A DNA stretch of 64,000 bases from Candidatus Zixiibacteriota bacterium. Lineage in GTDB: Bacteria > Zixibacteria > MSB-5A5 > GN15 > FEB-12. Shown here piece after piece: positions 27,818 through 37,006 of this stretch (position 1 is its first letter; each line of letters opens with the position of its first letter). The stretch is from positions 511-64,510 of the forward strand of contig JBGSIV010000139.1 of assembly GCA_041742355.1 (NCBI GenBank), read 5' to 3'. Below the pieces are notes generated by a model that saw nothing but the letters and a program-made list of their open reading frames with translations, had not been told where the DNA came from and searched no databases. A program made the translations under genes and the position numbers.

Positions 27818-30208
27818 CTATTTTATCAACATAGTAACCTGCCTGTAATCCCTCAGCTCACCGTTCAAGTCAAGCTCGACCTTATTGCCCTGAAATGATA
27901 TCCGCCGGTCGGGCCCATATGGGAAGAGTATGATTGAATCCACATCAGAAGACGCACTCGGCGTATCGGGCCTAAGGAACTCCAAATGCCAAGTTCCTCT
28001 GCACAGGTTAAGGACAATATTGGGACCCGGAGGCGCCATAGGACGGGGAAAACCATTCGCTTTGAGCTTCAGCGACTTAAGTCCGTTGCCTCCTATCTGG
28101 ACTCTTACCTCTTCGCACCCTTTATATATTTCTTCCAGACTTACAGGCAACGGATCGTTGCTCTCGACATCATAGCGAAAGGAGTAAATAGGAAAATTCG
28201 GATTCTCAATCCGTATCTCATGTTGCCCTTGGGAAACACTGACCTCGGTACCAACATCCCAATACTTGTCATCGATAGACAGGCGCGAACTTTCTTTCGG
28301 CGTAATCTCCACCATAAAGGTGAACATCGGCAAGATGGACACGGGGGAGAGCCGCTGGCTCTCGGCGGTTGGGTCAGGGATTGCTGGAACCAAGGAAGAT
28401 GTTGTGCAGGACAACAGTCCTGAGGGAGATGATTCGAATTGTCCAAGGTACGACTTGATTCCAAACGTGTATCCCGTATTCGGTCTTAATTCCCCCACCG
28501 TGTAAGAGCTTCTGCTGACATCGACCGTGTCGACGCGGCAGACGGTCCCGGCGCAACTACCCGTGATGATAACCCCAGACTCTCCGTTCTGCTTGAACTC
28601 CCAGGCCAACGTGATGCTCGACGGAGTCGACGATATTGCCGTCAGAGACGTCGGGGTTGTAAGTTCTTCCGTTTTCGCATTGCCCTGGCCGGGTTCCGAT
28701 ACCCACCGTCCTGATACGGCCTGAATTGAATAGCGGTATTCAGTGCCAGGTGCCAATCCGGTATCTTGAAAAACGGTGGTATTGCCGGGAAGCGAGGCGG
28801 TCCGGTGAGAATCATCGGAACGCCGAGTTAGTAAGTACTTGTCGACGTGCAGGCTTGCTTCCGAGAGTGGGGAATCTGACCAATCAACAAAGATATCGGT
28901 GTGCGAGGGACTAAGTGTGACCTGGGGCGCCGGGGGTGCGAACAGAGGGTTAAGCAGCCGCATGGTGTAATCCGAGAACAGCACGCTTGTACCTAGTCCA
29001 AGCGCAATCACGGCCAGGAAACCGATCATGACTCGAATGGCCGCCTTGGGTACACCCCTTAATGCTCTCCTCCACCAAGGTGTTCGTATTTTGAAGAGTC
29101 TTCCATCCCTTGACCGCATGTATAGTACAGGTGTACCCCATTCAAGAAGAAGATCTTGTTCCTGGGCTAAGGCCTTTCGAGCGTGCACTGTGGCGAGATC
29201 GACCGGTTCACCTTTGGCGATCCTACCGTAGAACTTCTGAGTCAGCAAGCCAGCAGCCGACACTGAAATGGCATTGTTCATTCCAAGTACTGCCGGTATA
29301 CCTTGAGCTACCAGAGCTTGGGCCACAGAAATCGCAGTCGAACCCGCCATTGCCCCTTTACAGGCCGCGAGAAAAACGAACTTCACCGTGGGATGATCGC
29401 CTACTGTGCGTGCAAACCTGTTCGCCGTTACAGCGACCGAACGATGGAGAGAGTCCTCGAGGCAAAGGTAGGTTTCCCCTACCCGTTGGTCTATATCCCC
29501 GTGGCCGACAAAATGAACTACGTGGTACTCTCGTTCACCAAGTTTCTCTTCGAGCGATTCAATCGATGGGTGGTCAAGCCAATCGATTGCAACCTGCCGT
29601 CTTTCGATGTGCGGTTCCAGCGCACCGGCAATAGCTCTCCACTCGGCCCTTGCATCAATCGGAGCAAGATCGTCGGGGTGCGCCGTCACGACCAGCACAT
29701 TCAGAGCCTTCTTGACCGCCACGGCGACAATTGGGAATGGAGACGGAAGAAACCGAACGAACGGGGTCCGAGGCGAGAGGGCCAGATGGCCGAAGATTCG
29801 ATGATGCAGGAACTCCCAAGGCAACTGCTCGAACTCTCCTGCGTTATCGAATGATATGTACAAACGTACAAAAGTGCCACCCTTGCGAGCATCATCACTC
29901 GCTTGTAAGAACTTCGCGAGACTGTAGTCATCTGCAAGGAGTGAGTGCAGTAACCGTTCACCGATCCGCTCAGGAGAGAGTGTCTCACCAACAACCGAGC
30001 TTTCTTCTAGTGAGGTCGTTGCACTCAGGACTCTGGTGGCCGATACCCTGCGGCTAGTTTCAAATGCACGCGACTCCTCTGCAGACAACGGTGGATTAAA
30101 CGGATGTTCTGTTTGGCCATACTCCGAGTCCGTAGATACGACAAAACCATCGATCGACCTTCTCAAGGTTATCTTGAACGGAATGTATTTCTCTTCCCGC
30201 CCTGCCAT
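27818..30208 (-). CDS. CHAT-domain (caspase-like) protein with one transmembrane helix, two Fn3 domains and a C-terminal beta-rich domain
   Basis: 796 aa. YHVVHFVGHGD (catalytic His context) and VKFVFLAACKGAMAG (catalytic Cys context) mark the CHAT domain. The transmembrane helix is AIRVMIGFLAVIALGLGTSVLF. The Fn3-like segments are VTLSPSHTDIFVDWS...TEYRYSIQAV and LTAISSTPSSITLAWEF...NTGYTFGIKSY. Confidence 0.8.
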   Translation of the reverse strand: MAGREEKYIPFKITLRRSIDGFVVSTDSEYGQTEHPFNPPLSAEESRAFETSRRVSATRVLSATTSLEESSVVGETLSPERIGERLLHSLLADDYSLAKFLQASDDARKGGTFVRLYISFDNAGEFEQLPWEFLHHRIFGHLALSPRTPFVRFLPSPFPIVAVAVKKALNVLVVTAHPDDLAPIDARAEWRAIAGALEPHIERRQVAIDWLDHPSIESLEEKLGEREYHVVHFVGHGDIDQRVGETYLCLEDSLHRSVAVTANRFARTVGDHPTVKFVFLAACKGAMAGSTAISVAQALVAQGIPAVLGMNNAISVSAAGLLTQKFYGRIAKGEPVDLATVHARKALAQEQDLLLEWGTPVLYMRSRDGRLFKIRTPWWRRALRGVPKAAIRVMIGFLAVIALGLGTSVLFSDYTMRLLNPLFAPPAPQVTLSPSHTDIFVDWSDSPLSEASLHVDKYLLTRRSDDSHRTASLPGNTTVFQDTGLAPGTEYRYSIQAVSGRWVSEPGQGNAKTEELTTPTSLTAISSTPSSITLAWEFKQNGESGVIITGSCAGTVCRVDTVDVSRSSYTVGELRPNTGYTFGIKSYLGQFESSPSGLLSCTTSSLVPAIPDPTAESQRLSPVSILPMFTFMVEITPKESSRLSIDDKYWDVGTEVSVSQGQHEIRIENPNFPIYSFRYDVESNDPLPVSLEEIYKGCEEVRVQIGGNGLKSLKLKANGFPRPMAPPGPNIVLNLCRGTWHLEFLRPDTPSASSDVDSIILFPYGPDRRISFQGNKVELDLNGELRDYRQVTMLIK

Positions 30209-31193
30209 ACCCGTGATTCCTGTGCCTATGATCAGTCGAACGATCTTCGCAGCAAATAGCCTTGCCTCTGGCTATCCAGCTCCGTAGCATCGCGCTAGTC
30301 GCATGTGACTAAGATATCCGTTGAAATGAAGTTGTCAATAGCTACTCTAATATGGCGTTACTTCCCGCGACATGGGGCTGAAAGGCAGAGAAGTAGCTGG
30401 AAGACGTGCGTCTCGGCACTAACATAGGGGCACAGACGAGCCGCCCGTCTGAGTCTAAAAAAGTAGCATCTACCCGTTTGCCAAGGGAGAACATCGCTCC
30501 GCCGCTTGCGAAGGCACTTCCGGTTCCCAAGCGAAATCCTACCTGGTCTCGATTGCCGCGGCCCTCCGCCGCTCACCGGCCTGTTTACGGCAGCCATAGT
30601 CTGCCCTTTTGCCTCGGTTGCTCTGTCGCGGGCGCCGGCTGGCCTGTAGCCTTCACCTGAACTCGGGGACATCGGCTATAGGCTAGCAGTGTTTCAAGGA
30701 GCTTGTCGTCAGCAGCCCCAAGTAGCTGAGCTTCCGCATGCATATCTGACTCCGGCGAGGTTCTTACAGCAGCTTCTGAAGTGCGGCTGCAGGACCCCTC
30801 CCTCTGGGGTTAAACTTCGGGTGAGACACCATCCTCAGCCATGATCCTGAAAGATCAGAAATCATTCTTCTCACAAAGTGATGGAAACCTGTGAAAATTC
30901 GGCGGCTCGCTGCCATATGGAGTATGAAGGCCTTCGGTAAGCCGATTACACTGGTGTTTCAGCTAAACCGCACGCCGCTATGGCTAATCGCCAATGCTAA
31001 CAGCAGACAAACCAATACAACTGCGAAATTGAATAACAGGACGCGCTTCGCAATCTCTTGCTGCTTGAAAGGAGGCCAGAAGTTGAACTCTCACCGGCCG
31101 GGCACCGGTCTGATCCCAAAGAGAGCAGTCCGGTACGGCGCGGCGTCCAGAATTTGATAAGTCCTTCAACCAAAACATTCTGAAAGGCATTGT

Positions 31194-32528
31194 ATGAAAA
31201 CCGTTGCTCTTGAACTGTTCTTGGCCGGCCTGATCTCCCTCTTCCTGCTGGCCTCAGGCTCATCCATCTCCGCTCAGCCGACCACCTTGGTCAGCAACTC
31301 GGATGGCAATCGCTTTTTCAATCACAAACCGTATCTCCCCGATCCGGTCCCGGAGAATATCCCTGACCCCTGCGAGCCGGACGTCCTTGACGACTGGTAT
31401 CCCTGGGACACTATCTTTGATCCCTTCATCGGGGACCCGTCAGGCATTCTGGTTGACTCGGTGATTTACCTGGACAGCATCATCGGCGATCCCATCCTAT
31501 TCAACCACCCTGATGATTTCTATGACGAAATCCCTGAGGAGGGTGGCTACCCGGAGAGCAGCTCCCCGGACGACTGGCAGGTCGGAGACCAGCGCGGTGA
31601 CCTCTACTGGCAGACCGATGCTTCTACCAGCCTCCAGCTGGTCAGCTGCACGATGGATGAAGAGTACGGTGATCTGTACTCTGATGACCCCTGTCGGTGG
31701 GACGATTACCCCTACTGGGACGACGATCACTGGAGTGATTGCTACTGTTTAGAGGACTACGATTGCAGCATGGATGTGGACACTGTGCTGGTGAGCCTCG
31801 AGAGAGATCTCAGGGCAACCTTTGCTGACCTCATCAAGGCGTACCTTGATCAGGAGGTAGCGGACGAGCTGCCCGGCATCGAGAACTCCGGGGAACACGA
31901 TCGACTATTCACGCTCATGAACTCCTACATGAGCCTCTTCGAGACAGCGTCTTTCGCGTGGGATGAACCCTACTACGAGCCGTCCTATGAACCGTGCTGG
32001 GATGAACCCTATTGGCAGTCTATGGAGGACTACTCAGTGCCCAATGATACGGACTACTACTACTATCAGTCCGACGGCAATTCGGCCGTACGGTTCGAGA
32101 ATCCGGCTGGACAATCCCGTGCTGTAGATTTGATCGCTTGGCTCGGATCGGCAGGCAAGTCAGGGCAACTTGCCACAGCCAGTACCTGTGGATTTGCAGA
32201 CGCGAGTGCCGAACTCGCGTCTGCGGGTGGCGGTTCTCTCGGTCTCCTTGGGATCGGTGAAGGAAGCTCCTGCACCAGGAAATGCAATGTCTTCCTTCAA
32301 TATGCCTCGGCGTATCCGTATGGCATCGGGATTGAGGTAGATGGCATGCGGTACGATCTATTCCAAGGCGATTACGTCAGCGTTCCCATACCGTCACAGG
32401 TTTCCTCCGTGAAGATCTGGAATTGCCCCGATGCCGGCTGCCGTTGGTCTCGCTTCCGTGTGACAGACGGTGAAACTTACTATATCCGGGACGGGCGCGT
32501 GCCTGGATCCCTGATCCTCACGCGGTAA
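31194..32528 (+). CDS. Secreted, highly acidic, aromatic-rich protein
   Basis: The signal peptide is MKTVALELFLAGLISLFLLASGSSISAQP. D/E/W/Y/P-rich stretches include DDWYPWDTIFDPF and RWDDYPYWDDDHWSDCYC. It shares the motif [19 protein letters not shown] with the next gene. Confidence 0.65.
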   Translation: MKTVALELFLAGLISLFLLASGSSISAQPTTLVSNSDGNRFFNHKPYLPDPVPENIPDPCEPDVLDDWYPWDTIFDPFIGDPSGILVDSVIYLDSIIGDPILFNHPDDFYDEIPEEGGYPESSSPDDWQVGDQRGDLYWQTDASTSLQLVSCTMDEEYGDLYSDDPCRWDDYPYWDDDHWSDCYCLEDYDCSMDVDTVLVSLERDLRATFADLIKAYLDQEVADELPGIENSGEHDRLFTLMNSYMSLFETASFAWDEPYYEPSYEPCWDEPYWQSMEDYSVPNDTDYYYYQSDGNSAVRFENPAGQSRAVDLIAWLGSAGKSGQLATASTCGFADASAELASAGGGSLGLLGIGEGSSCTRKCNVFLQYASAYPYGIGIEVDGMRYDLFQGDYVSVPIPSQVSSVKIWNCPDAGCRWSRFRVTDGETYYIRDGRVPGSLILTR

Positions 32529-32619
32529 GGAAGCCATGCGGCGGCCCGACGTCAAGTCAGTTCAGACAATCGAAGCACGAAACAGACAACGTGAACCAAA
32601 TCTGAGAAGGAGAACAAAA

Positions 32620-34074
32620 ATGCTACAAGTAATGAAAAGAGTTCTGGTGCCGCTGATCTTGACCGCGACGGTCTTGTTGGCCCCAGGCCTGAGCATGGCT
32701 CAGTGGTATTCGGCGGAAAGCGATCTGACATTCCCGCTGGAACTCGATGTCACTATCAACGGTACGGTGAATCACTTCACGATTGACGATTATGAAAGCC
32801 TTGTGAACTTCCGGTCTAATCTGGAACTGATCTCACGTGCTCAGGCGGAAGATTATGGCACGAGGATGACGCGGATCGAAGCGGAGCGTCAGAAAGCGAT
32901 GGAGCGATTCCGGCAACTGGGCGCGGAAATCCAAGAGGTGTCTGACCAGTACATTGATGACACCAGGAATACGGTCATAGGCCAGTATGGTGGAACGGTA
33001 GCTTACGCAGCGAAGGCGGCCTCCGATGCCATCTTGGCGACCGTGGGCGCGTTGGGTATCGGAAAACCGATCGAGGCTGGTACCAAGGCTATTGAATCGG
33101 CGATAACGCTGTCATATGATTTCGCCAATCTCGGGATCGATCTGTCTCAAGGTAATGTCGACGCTTTGGGTGTGGGCAGCACTGCCGCTGACCTTGGAGC
33201 TGCGCTTACCGACGGTCCTCTTGGAACTGGTCTTGAGGTTGCTGGTTCTGGTCTTGGATTTGTGAGTGCTGCCGTTGAGTGTCGCCAGGCAATCGACACT
33301 TGGAAGGAGATGAGCCAGAACCAGAGCCTTATTGACGGCAACTATACTTCCGAGGTCGACCGCCTCCTTGAAAGACAGCAAGCCGTCCTTGGCGAACTTG
33401 CTGCTCTAAAGGTTGAGAAGATGGCGTTGGAAAGCGGCCTGGATGAGTCGATAGATTATGTACTCGAAGACCTCGACTCCCAGTTTCCTGAGGTTGCCGA
33501 TCAAGTTCAGGCCGAGTGGAGTGGCGTCTCTCCAGACGACGTCCTAAATGACGTAGTAGATGACCCTGCCTCCACGTACGAGCCGTCCGATGAACCGTAC
33601 TGGGACGAGCCCTACTACGAGCCGTCCGATGAACCGTACTGGGATGAACCCTACTACGAGCCGTCCGATGAGCCGTACTGGGACGAGCCCTACTACGAGC
33701 CGTCCGATGAGCCGTACTGGGACGAGCCCTACTACGAGCCGTCCGATGAACCGTACTGGGACGATGGCGGCTGGGACGATGGCGGCTACGACGATGGCGG
33801 CTGGGACGATGGCGGCTGGGACGATGGCGGCTGGGACGATGGCGGCTGGGACGATGGCGGCTGGGACGATGGCGGCTACGACGATGGCGGCTGGGACGAT
33901 GGCGGCTACGACGATGGCGGCTGGGACGATGGCGGCTACGACGATGGCGGCTACGACGATGGCGGCTGGGACGATGGCGGCTACGACGATGGCGGCTGGG
34001 ACGATGGTGGCTACGACGATGGCGGCTACGACGATGGTGGGTGGGACGATGGTGGTGAACCTGTTGATGACTGA
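32620..34074 (+). CDS. Secreted protein with a coiled coil, a Gly/Ala-rich amphipathic segment and a C-terminal ([13 protein letters not shown])n-([W/Y]DDGG)20 repeat tail
   Basis: I chose the ATG at 32620 (AAGGAG lies 7 nt upstream; the signal peptide is [28 protein letters not shown]) over the track start at 32536. The repeats were read directly from the sequence. Confidence 0.7.
   Translation: MLQVMKRVLVPLILTATVLLAPGLSMAQWYSAESDLTFPLELDVTINGTVNHFTIDDYESLVNFRSNLELISRAQAEDYGTRMTRIEAERQKAMERFRQLGAEIQEVSDQYIDDTRNTVIGQYGGTVAYAAKAASDAILATVGALGIGKPIEAGTKAIESAITLSYDFANLGIDLSQGNVDALGVGSTAADLGAALTDGPLGTGLEVAGSGLGFVSAAVECRQAIDTWKEMSQNQSLIDGNYTSEVDRLLERQQAVLGELAALKVEKMALESGLDESIDYVLEDLDSQFPEVADQVQAEWSGVSPDDVLNDVVDDPASTYEPSDEPYWDEPYYEPSDEPYWDEPYYEPSDEPYWDEPYYEPSDEPYWDEPYYEPSDEPYWDDGGWDDGGYDDGGWDDGGWDDGGWDDGGWDDGGWDDGGYDDGGWDDGGYDDGGWDDGGYDDGGYDDGGWDDGGYDDGGWDDGGYDDGGYDDGGWDDGGEPVDD
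33577..33756 (+). repeat. Coding tandem repeat, 39 bp x 4.6 (TACGAGCCGTCCGATGAACCGTACTGGGACGAGCCCTAC)
   Basis: Units start at 33577, 33616, 33655, 33694 and 33733. Only synonymous or near-synonymous differences separate them (gaa/gag, gac/gat, gag/gaa). Confidence 0.9.
33757..34056 (+). repeat. Coding tandem repeat, 15 bp x 20 (TGG or TAC followed by GACGATGGCGGC)
   Basis: There are 20 consecutive units that differ essentially only in codon 1 (tgg versus tac). The order is W W Y W W W W W Y W Y W Y Y W Y W Y Y W. The last units use ggt variants. Confidence 0.9.
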
Positions 34075-34104
34075 TATTGACCCGCGAGACATGGTGCACT
34101 GCGC

Positions 34105-34138
34105 ATGGGCCCGGCAACTGCCAATCTGCCGGGCCCAT
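34105..34138 (+). terminator. Hairpin terminator candidate between convergent genes
   Basis: A perfect 12-bp stem, ATGGGCCCGGCA / TGCCGGGCCCAT, encloses a 10-nt loop. Only TTT follows it. Confidence 0.45.
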
Positions 34139-34502
34139 TTGGTGGTGGATTCGTTTACCGGGGGGCTACCATCTCAAATTCGCCGCTGGTCAGGAATCCG
34201 ATTCAAACCGATCATGTTTCGTCCCCATCAAAATCTGTCCACGGTAGGGAGACTTATTCATAGCTCCTTGGAAGTGCTCAGTCATATCCATTTGCCCACA
34301 GCATAAAGCTCGCACGGACTGCTCCCGTCTATCGTGGAATTGCTACTTCGCGAGGAGGAGCTGTAGATGGGCAGGGGCGTCTGCTATTTCGTGTCGTCCA
34401 TCTGGTTTGCAGCCAATCCAACTGCATCGCGGCAAACATCAGGAGCGATGCACTATTTGGTGAACCCTCCACGAGCTCTGCTGCTGGTCAATCCAGCACC
34501 TC

Positions 34503-35021
34503 TCACTGTTCCAGAAAGTCCTTGTACTCGTCAACAAGGGATTGGGGAACGATGCACTGGTGCATTGTGTCCCCGCGCCCATTGTCGGGAATGATGATGG
34601 CAACCTTGGCGCGCTTCTGCCGCTGTCCATCTTCGATCTGGCGTCTCAACTGAAGCAACGCCAGCCGCAGGCGCTCCAATTTCACAGAATCCCGGAAAGA
34701 GACCTTTATTCGTCCCTCAGCGATGCTTCTTGCCAGCTGCCGAAGTTGTGCGTCCAGCACCTTTCTCGTCCTGGCGGCCTGCTCTGCCCTGACCTTCTCG
34801 GCGGCTGTTCTGTACTTCTGCGCTTCCCACTCTTGCCATAGCTGCACCCGCCGTTTCCAGCCGAATCGCTTGGCCCAATTCTTGACGGTGCTCTTTGAGA
34901 CATTCAGTGCCGAGGCTACAGCCGCGTAGCTTCGCTGTGGTCCCAGTTTCATGTAGAGCCTGAAGGCCTGCTTGTGGTACAGCCGCTCCGCTCCATTGGC
35001 TGCACGTCCCGGCTTGTTCAT
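34503..35021 (-). CDS. HTH DNA-binding protein resembling phage terminase small subunits or mobile-element regulators
   Basis: 172 aa. RSYAAVASALNVSKSTVKNWAKRFGWKRR is the HTH and a coiled coil follows. It is a paralog of the upstream gene, with a 4-nt overlap. Confidence 0.45.
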   Translation of the reverse strand: MNKPGRAANGAERLYHKQAFRLYMKLGPQRSYAAVASALNVSKSTVKNWAKRFGWKRRVQLWQEWEAQKYRTAAEKVRAEQAARTRKVLDAQLRQLARSIAEGRIKVSFRDSVKLERLRLALLQLRRQIEDGQRQKRAKVAIIIPDNGRGDTMHQCIVPQSLVDEYKDFLEQ

Positions 35022-35512
35022 AAAGGACCTCCACCTTCGCCTGAATTGGGTTCTGATTCTCCATTGTCATTGCTGTCGGGCCGGACCACGATGACCTGTC
35101 CATAGGGTTGAGCGTCAGCTGTCGTCATGTCGGGCAGGACCACCCCATCCAGGGCGAGGCGGGCTTCAATGAGGGTGATGAGTTCGCTGGTCTTCGGGGC
35201 GGCATTCCCCTCTGTCAGGTTCTTCATCGCCACTACCTGAGCCGCCTCGACCATTCGCGTGTACTGGTTAATCTGATCCAGGTCACCCTCAAAACCCGAT
35301 TCCAGCAGTGACTGCATCTTGGCGGCATCCCACTCTTCGGCGCGCTCTTTCCAGTGGAAGGCTCGGGACCAGTTCTTGATTGTGCTCAGCGACACTTTGA
35401 GCTGCTTAGCAACCTTGGCGCACGATCGCTTGCGACCCAGGCCGCAGTAGATTTCAAACGCCAATTGCTGTGTCGGCGTCTCGAACGAGTACCTCTTGCG
35501 GTTATTAGTCAC
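35018..35512 (-). CDS. HTH DNA-binding protein, paralog of 34503..35021
   Basis: 164 aa. RSCAKVAKQLKVSLSTIKNWSRAFHWKERAEEWD is the HTH. Its start overlaps the methyltransferase stop by 8 nt. Confidence 0.45.
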   Translation of the reverse strand: MTNNRKRYSFETPTQQLAFEIYCGLGRKRSCAKVAKQLKVSLSTIKNWSRAFHWKERAEEWDAAKMQSLLESGFEGDLDQINQYTRMVEAAQVVAMKNLTEGNAAPKTSELITLIEARLALDGVVLPDMTTADAQPYGQVIVVRPDSNDNGESEPNSGEGGGPL

Positions 35513-36866
35513 GGTTCACCTCCAGTGCGGTCGCGGTTTCCGGCCGCTGCAATTTGGCCGTCTGGCCGGTGTACTTCTCCCACCGGGAAACGATCACATC
35601 GCAGTATTTCGGTTCAATTTCCATGGCCAGACAGCGGCGCCCCAACTGTTGGCAGGCGATGAGCGTGCTGCCGGAACCTGCAAAGGGGTCAAGGACATTC
35701 TCTCCCCGGATGGTCGAGTTGCGCAGGGCCCGTGAGATCAGGGCAACGGGCTTCTGGGTCGGATGCTGGTAGCCGCCTTCCCGCTCGATCTGCCACACGG
35801 TCGTCTGGGTCCGGTCTTTGACGCGCCGGTGCTTCTCACCGATCCAGCCGTAGAGCAGGCACTCGTGCTGTTCCCGGTAGTCCCCCCAGCCCATTGAGGC
35901 CGACTGCTTGATCCAGACAATGGTCGAGGAGAGCTGGAAACCGGCTGCCAGAAACGCCCGCTCAAAAGCGATCCGGATACCGGCCATACTGATGCCATGG
36001 CAGACGTAGGCGGTCGCACCCGGCCGGCAGACGGCCGCGGTGTTGGTCATGACCGTCCGGAGAAGTGTCTCCAGTGCGTCTGAATCGAGATTGTCATTGC
36101 GGATGTCTCCCCACTGGCCCTTTTTTTTGCCGCGACTGTGGTAGTCCACGCCGTACGGCGGGTCGGTAATCAGGCAGTCGACCTGATGCTCACCTACAAG
36201 CGCCTCGATATCCTCTCGTCGAGTAGCATCACCGCACAGCAGGCGGTGTTCGCCCAAAAGCCACAGATCACCCGGCTGGGTAGTTGCCACCTCGGGGAGG
36301 GGAGGGGCGGAGTCGGCCTTCTCGTCCTCATCCTGGTAGGGCCAGTCCAGGAGCTTCGTCAGCTCGGTGTCGCCAAACCCCAGCGAGGAGAGATCAAAGT
36401 CGGCATCGGCGTTGAGCTCACTTACGAGCCTGCTGAGCAGGTCGTTGTCCCAGGCAGCAATCTCACCAGTCCGGTTGTCGGCGATGGAGAACCCGGTAAA
36501 CTTCGAGCCGACCAGTCCAGGGACCCGAATGACCGGTACTGTAGCCAGGCCAAGGAGCCGGGCTGCTTTGAGGCGGGTATGGCCGGCGGCGATGTTGAGC
36601 TCGCTGTCAGTAATGATAGGATTGTTGAACCCATACGCCTGAATTGAGCGGGCGACGGCCTCGACCGCGTCATCGTTCTTACGGGGGTTGTTGGGATTGG
36701 GCTTGAGCTGGGTAATCGGTACCCGTTCAACGGCAAGCGGTGTGGCACACAGGGCCGATGCCGTCTCGCCACTCTGGATTGGTTTCGTCTCGGCTGGATT
36801 TCCAGCCTGGCGGTCGCTTTGGTCGCTGCGGGCGGATCTCTTGGCACCAGTTGATGTGCAGCGCAT
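35505..36866 (-). CDS. ParB-like nuclease domain fused to a DNA methyltransferase (N6A/N4C class, DPPY motif)
   Basis: VPITQLKPNPNNPRKN...AGHTRLKAARLLG is the ParB N-terminal domain. CLITDPPYGV is catalytic motif IV. VLDPFAGSGSTLIACQQLGRR is the SAM-binding motif I. The start at 36866 (MRCTSTG) has AAGGAG 8 nt upstream. Confidence 0.8.
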   Translation of the reverse strand: MRCTSTGAKRSARSDQSDRQAGNPAETKPIQSGETASALCATPLAVERVPITQLKPNPNNPRKNDDAVEAVARSIQAYGFNNPIITDSELNIAAGHTRLKAARLLGLATVPVIRVPGLVGSKFTGFSIADNRTGEIAAWDNDLLSRLVSELNADADFDLSSLGFGDTELTKLLDWPYQDEDEKADSAPPLPEVATTQPGDLWLLGEHRLLCGDATRREDIEALVGEHQVDCLITDPPYGVDYHSRGKKKGQWGDIRNDNLDSDALETLLRTVMTNTAAVCRPGATAYVCHGISMAGIRIAFERAFLAAGFQLSSTIVWIKQSASMGWGDYREQHECLLYGWIGEKHRRVKDRTQTTVWQIEREGGYQHPTQKPVALISRALRNSTIRGENVLDPFAGSGSTLIACQQLGRRCLAMEIEPKYCDVIVSRWEKYTGQTAKLQRPETATALEVNRD

Positions 36867-37006
36867 GAAGATTACTCCTTCGCACCATGTTGGTGCGGCT
36901 GGACACTCGGTGTCCAGTTTCCGGGTTGAGACCGAAGTACGGGGAACGCCCGCTGCTCCGGCGGAGATCAATCTGTCCAAGCGCAGGTACGGAGACCGTC
37001 CGTCGC

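Noticed and set aside
33329-34306. ORFs that translate as ([10 protein letters not shown])n, ([10 protein letters not shown])n and ([10 protein letters not shown])n
   Set aside because: They are alternative-frame and antisense readings of the 39-bp and 15-bp coding repeats. The plus frame, with a signal peptide and continuity from 32620, is the real gene.
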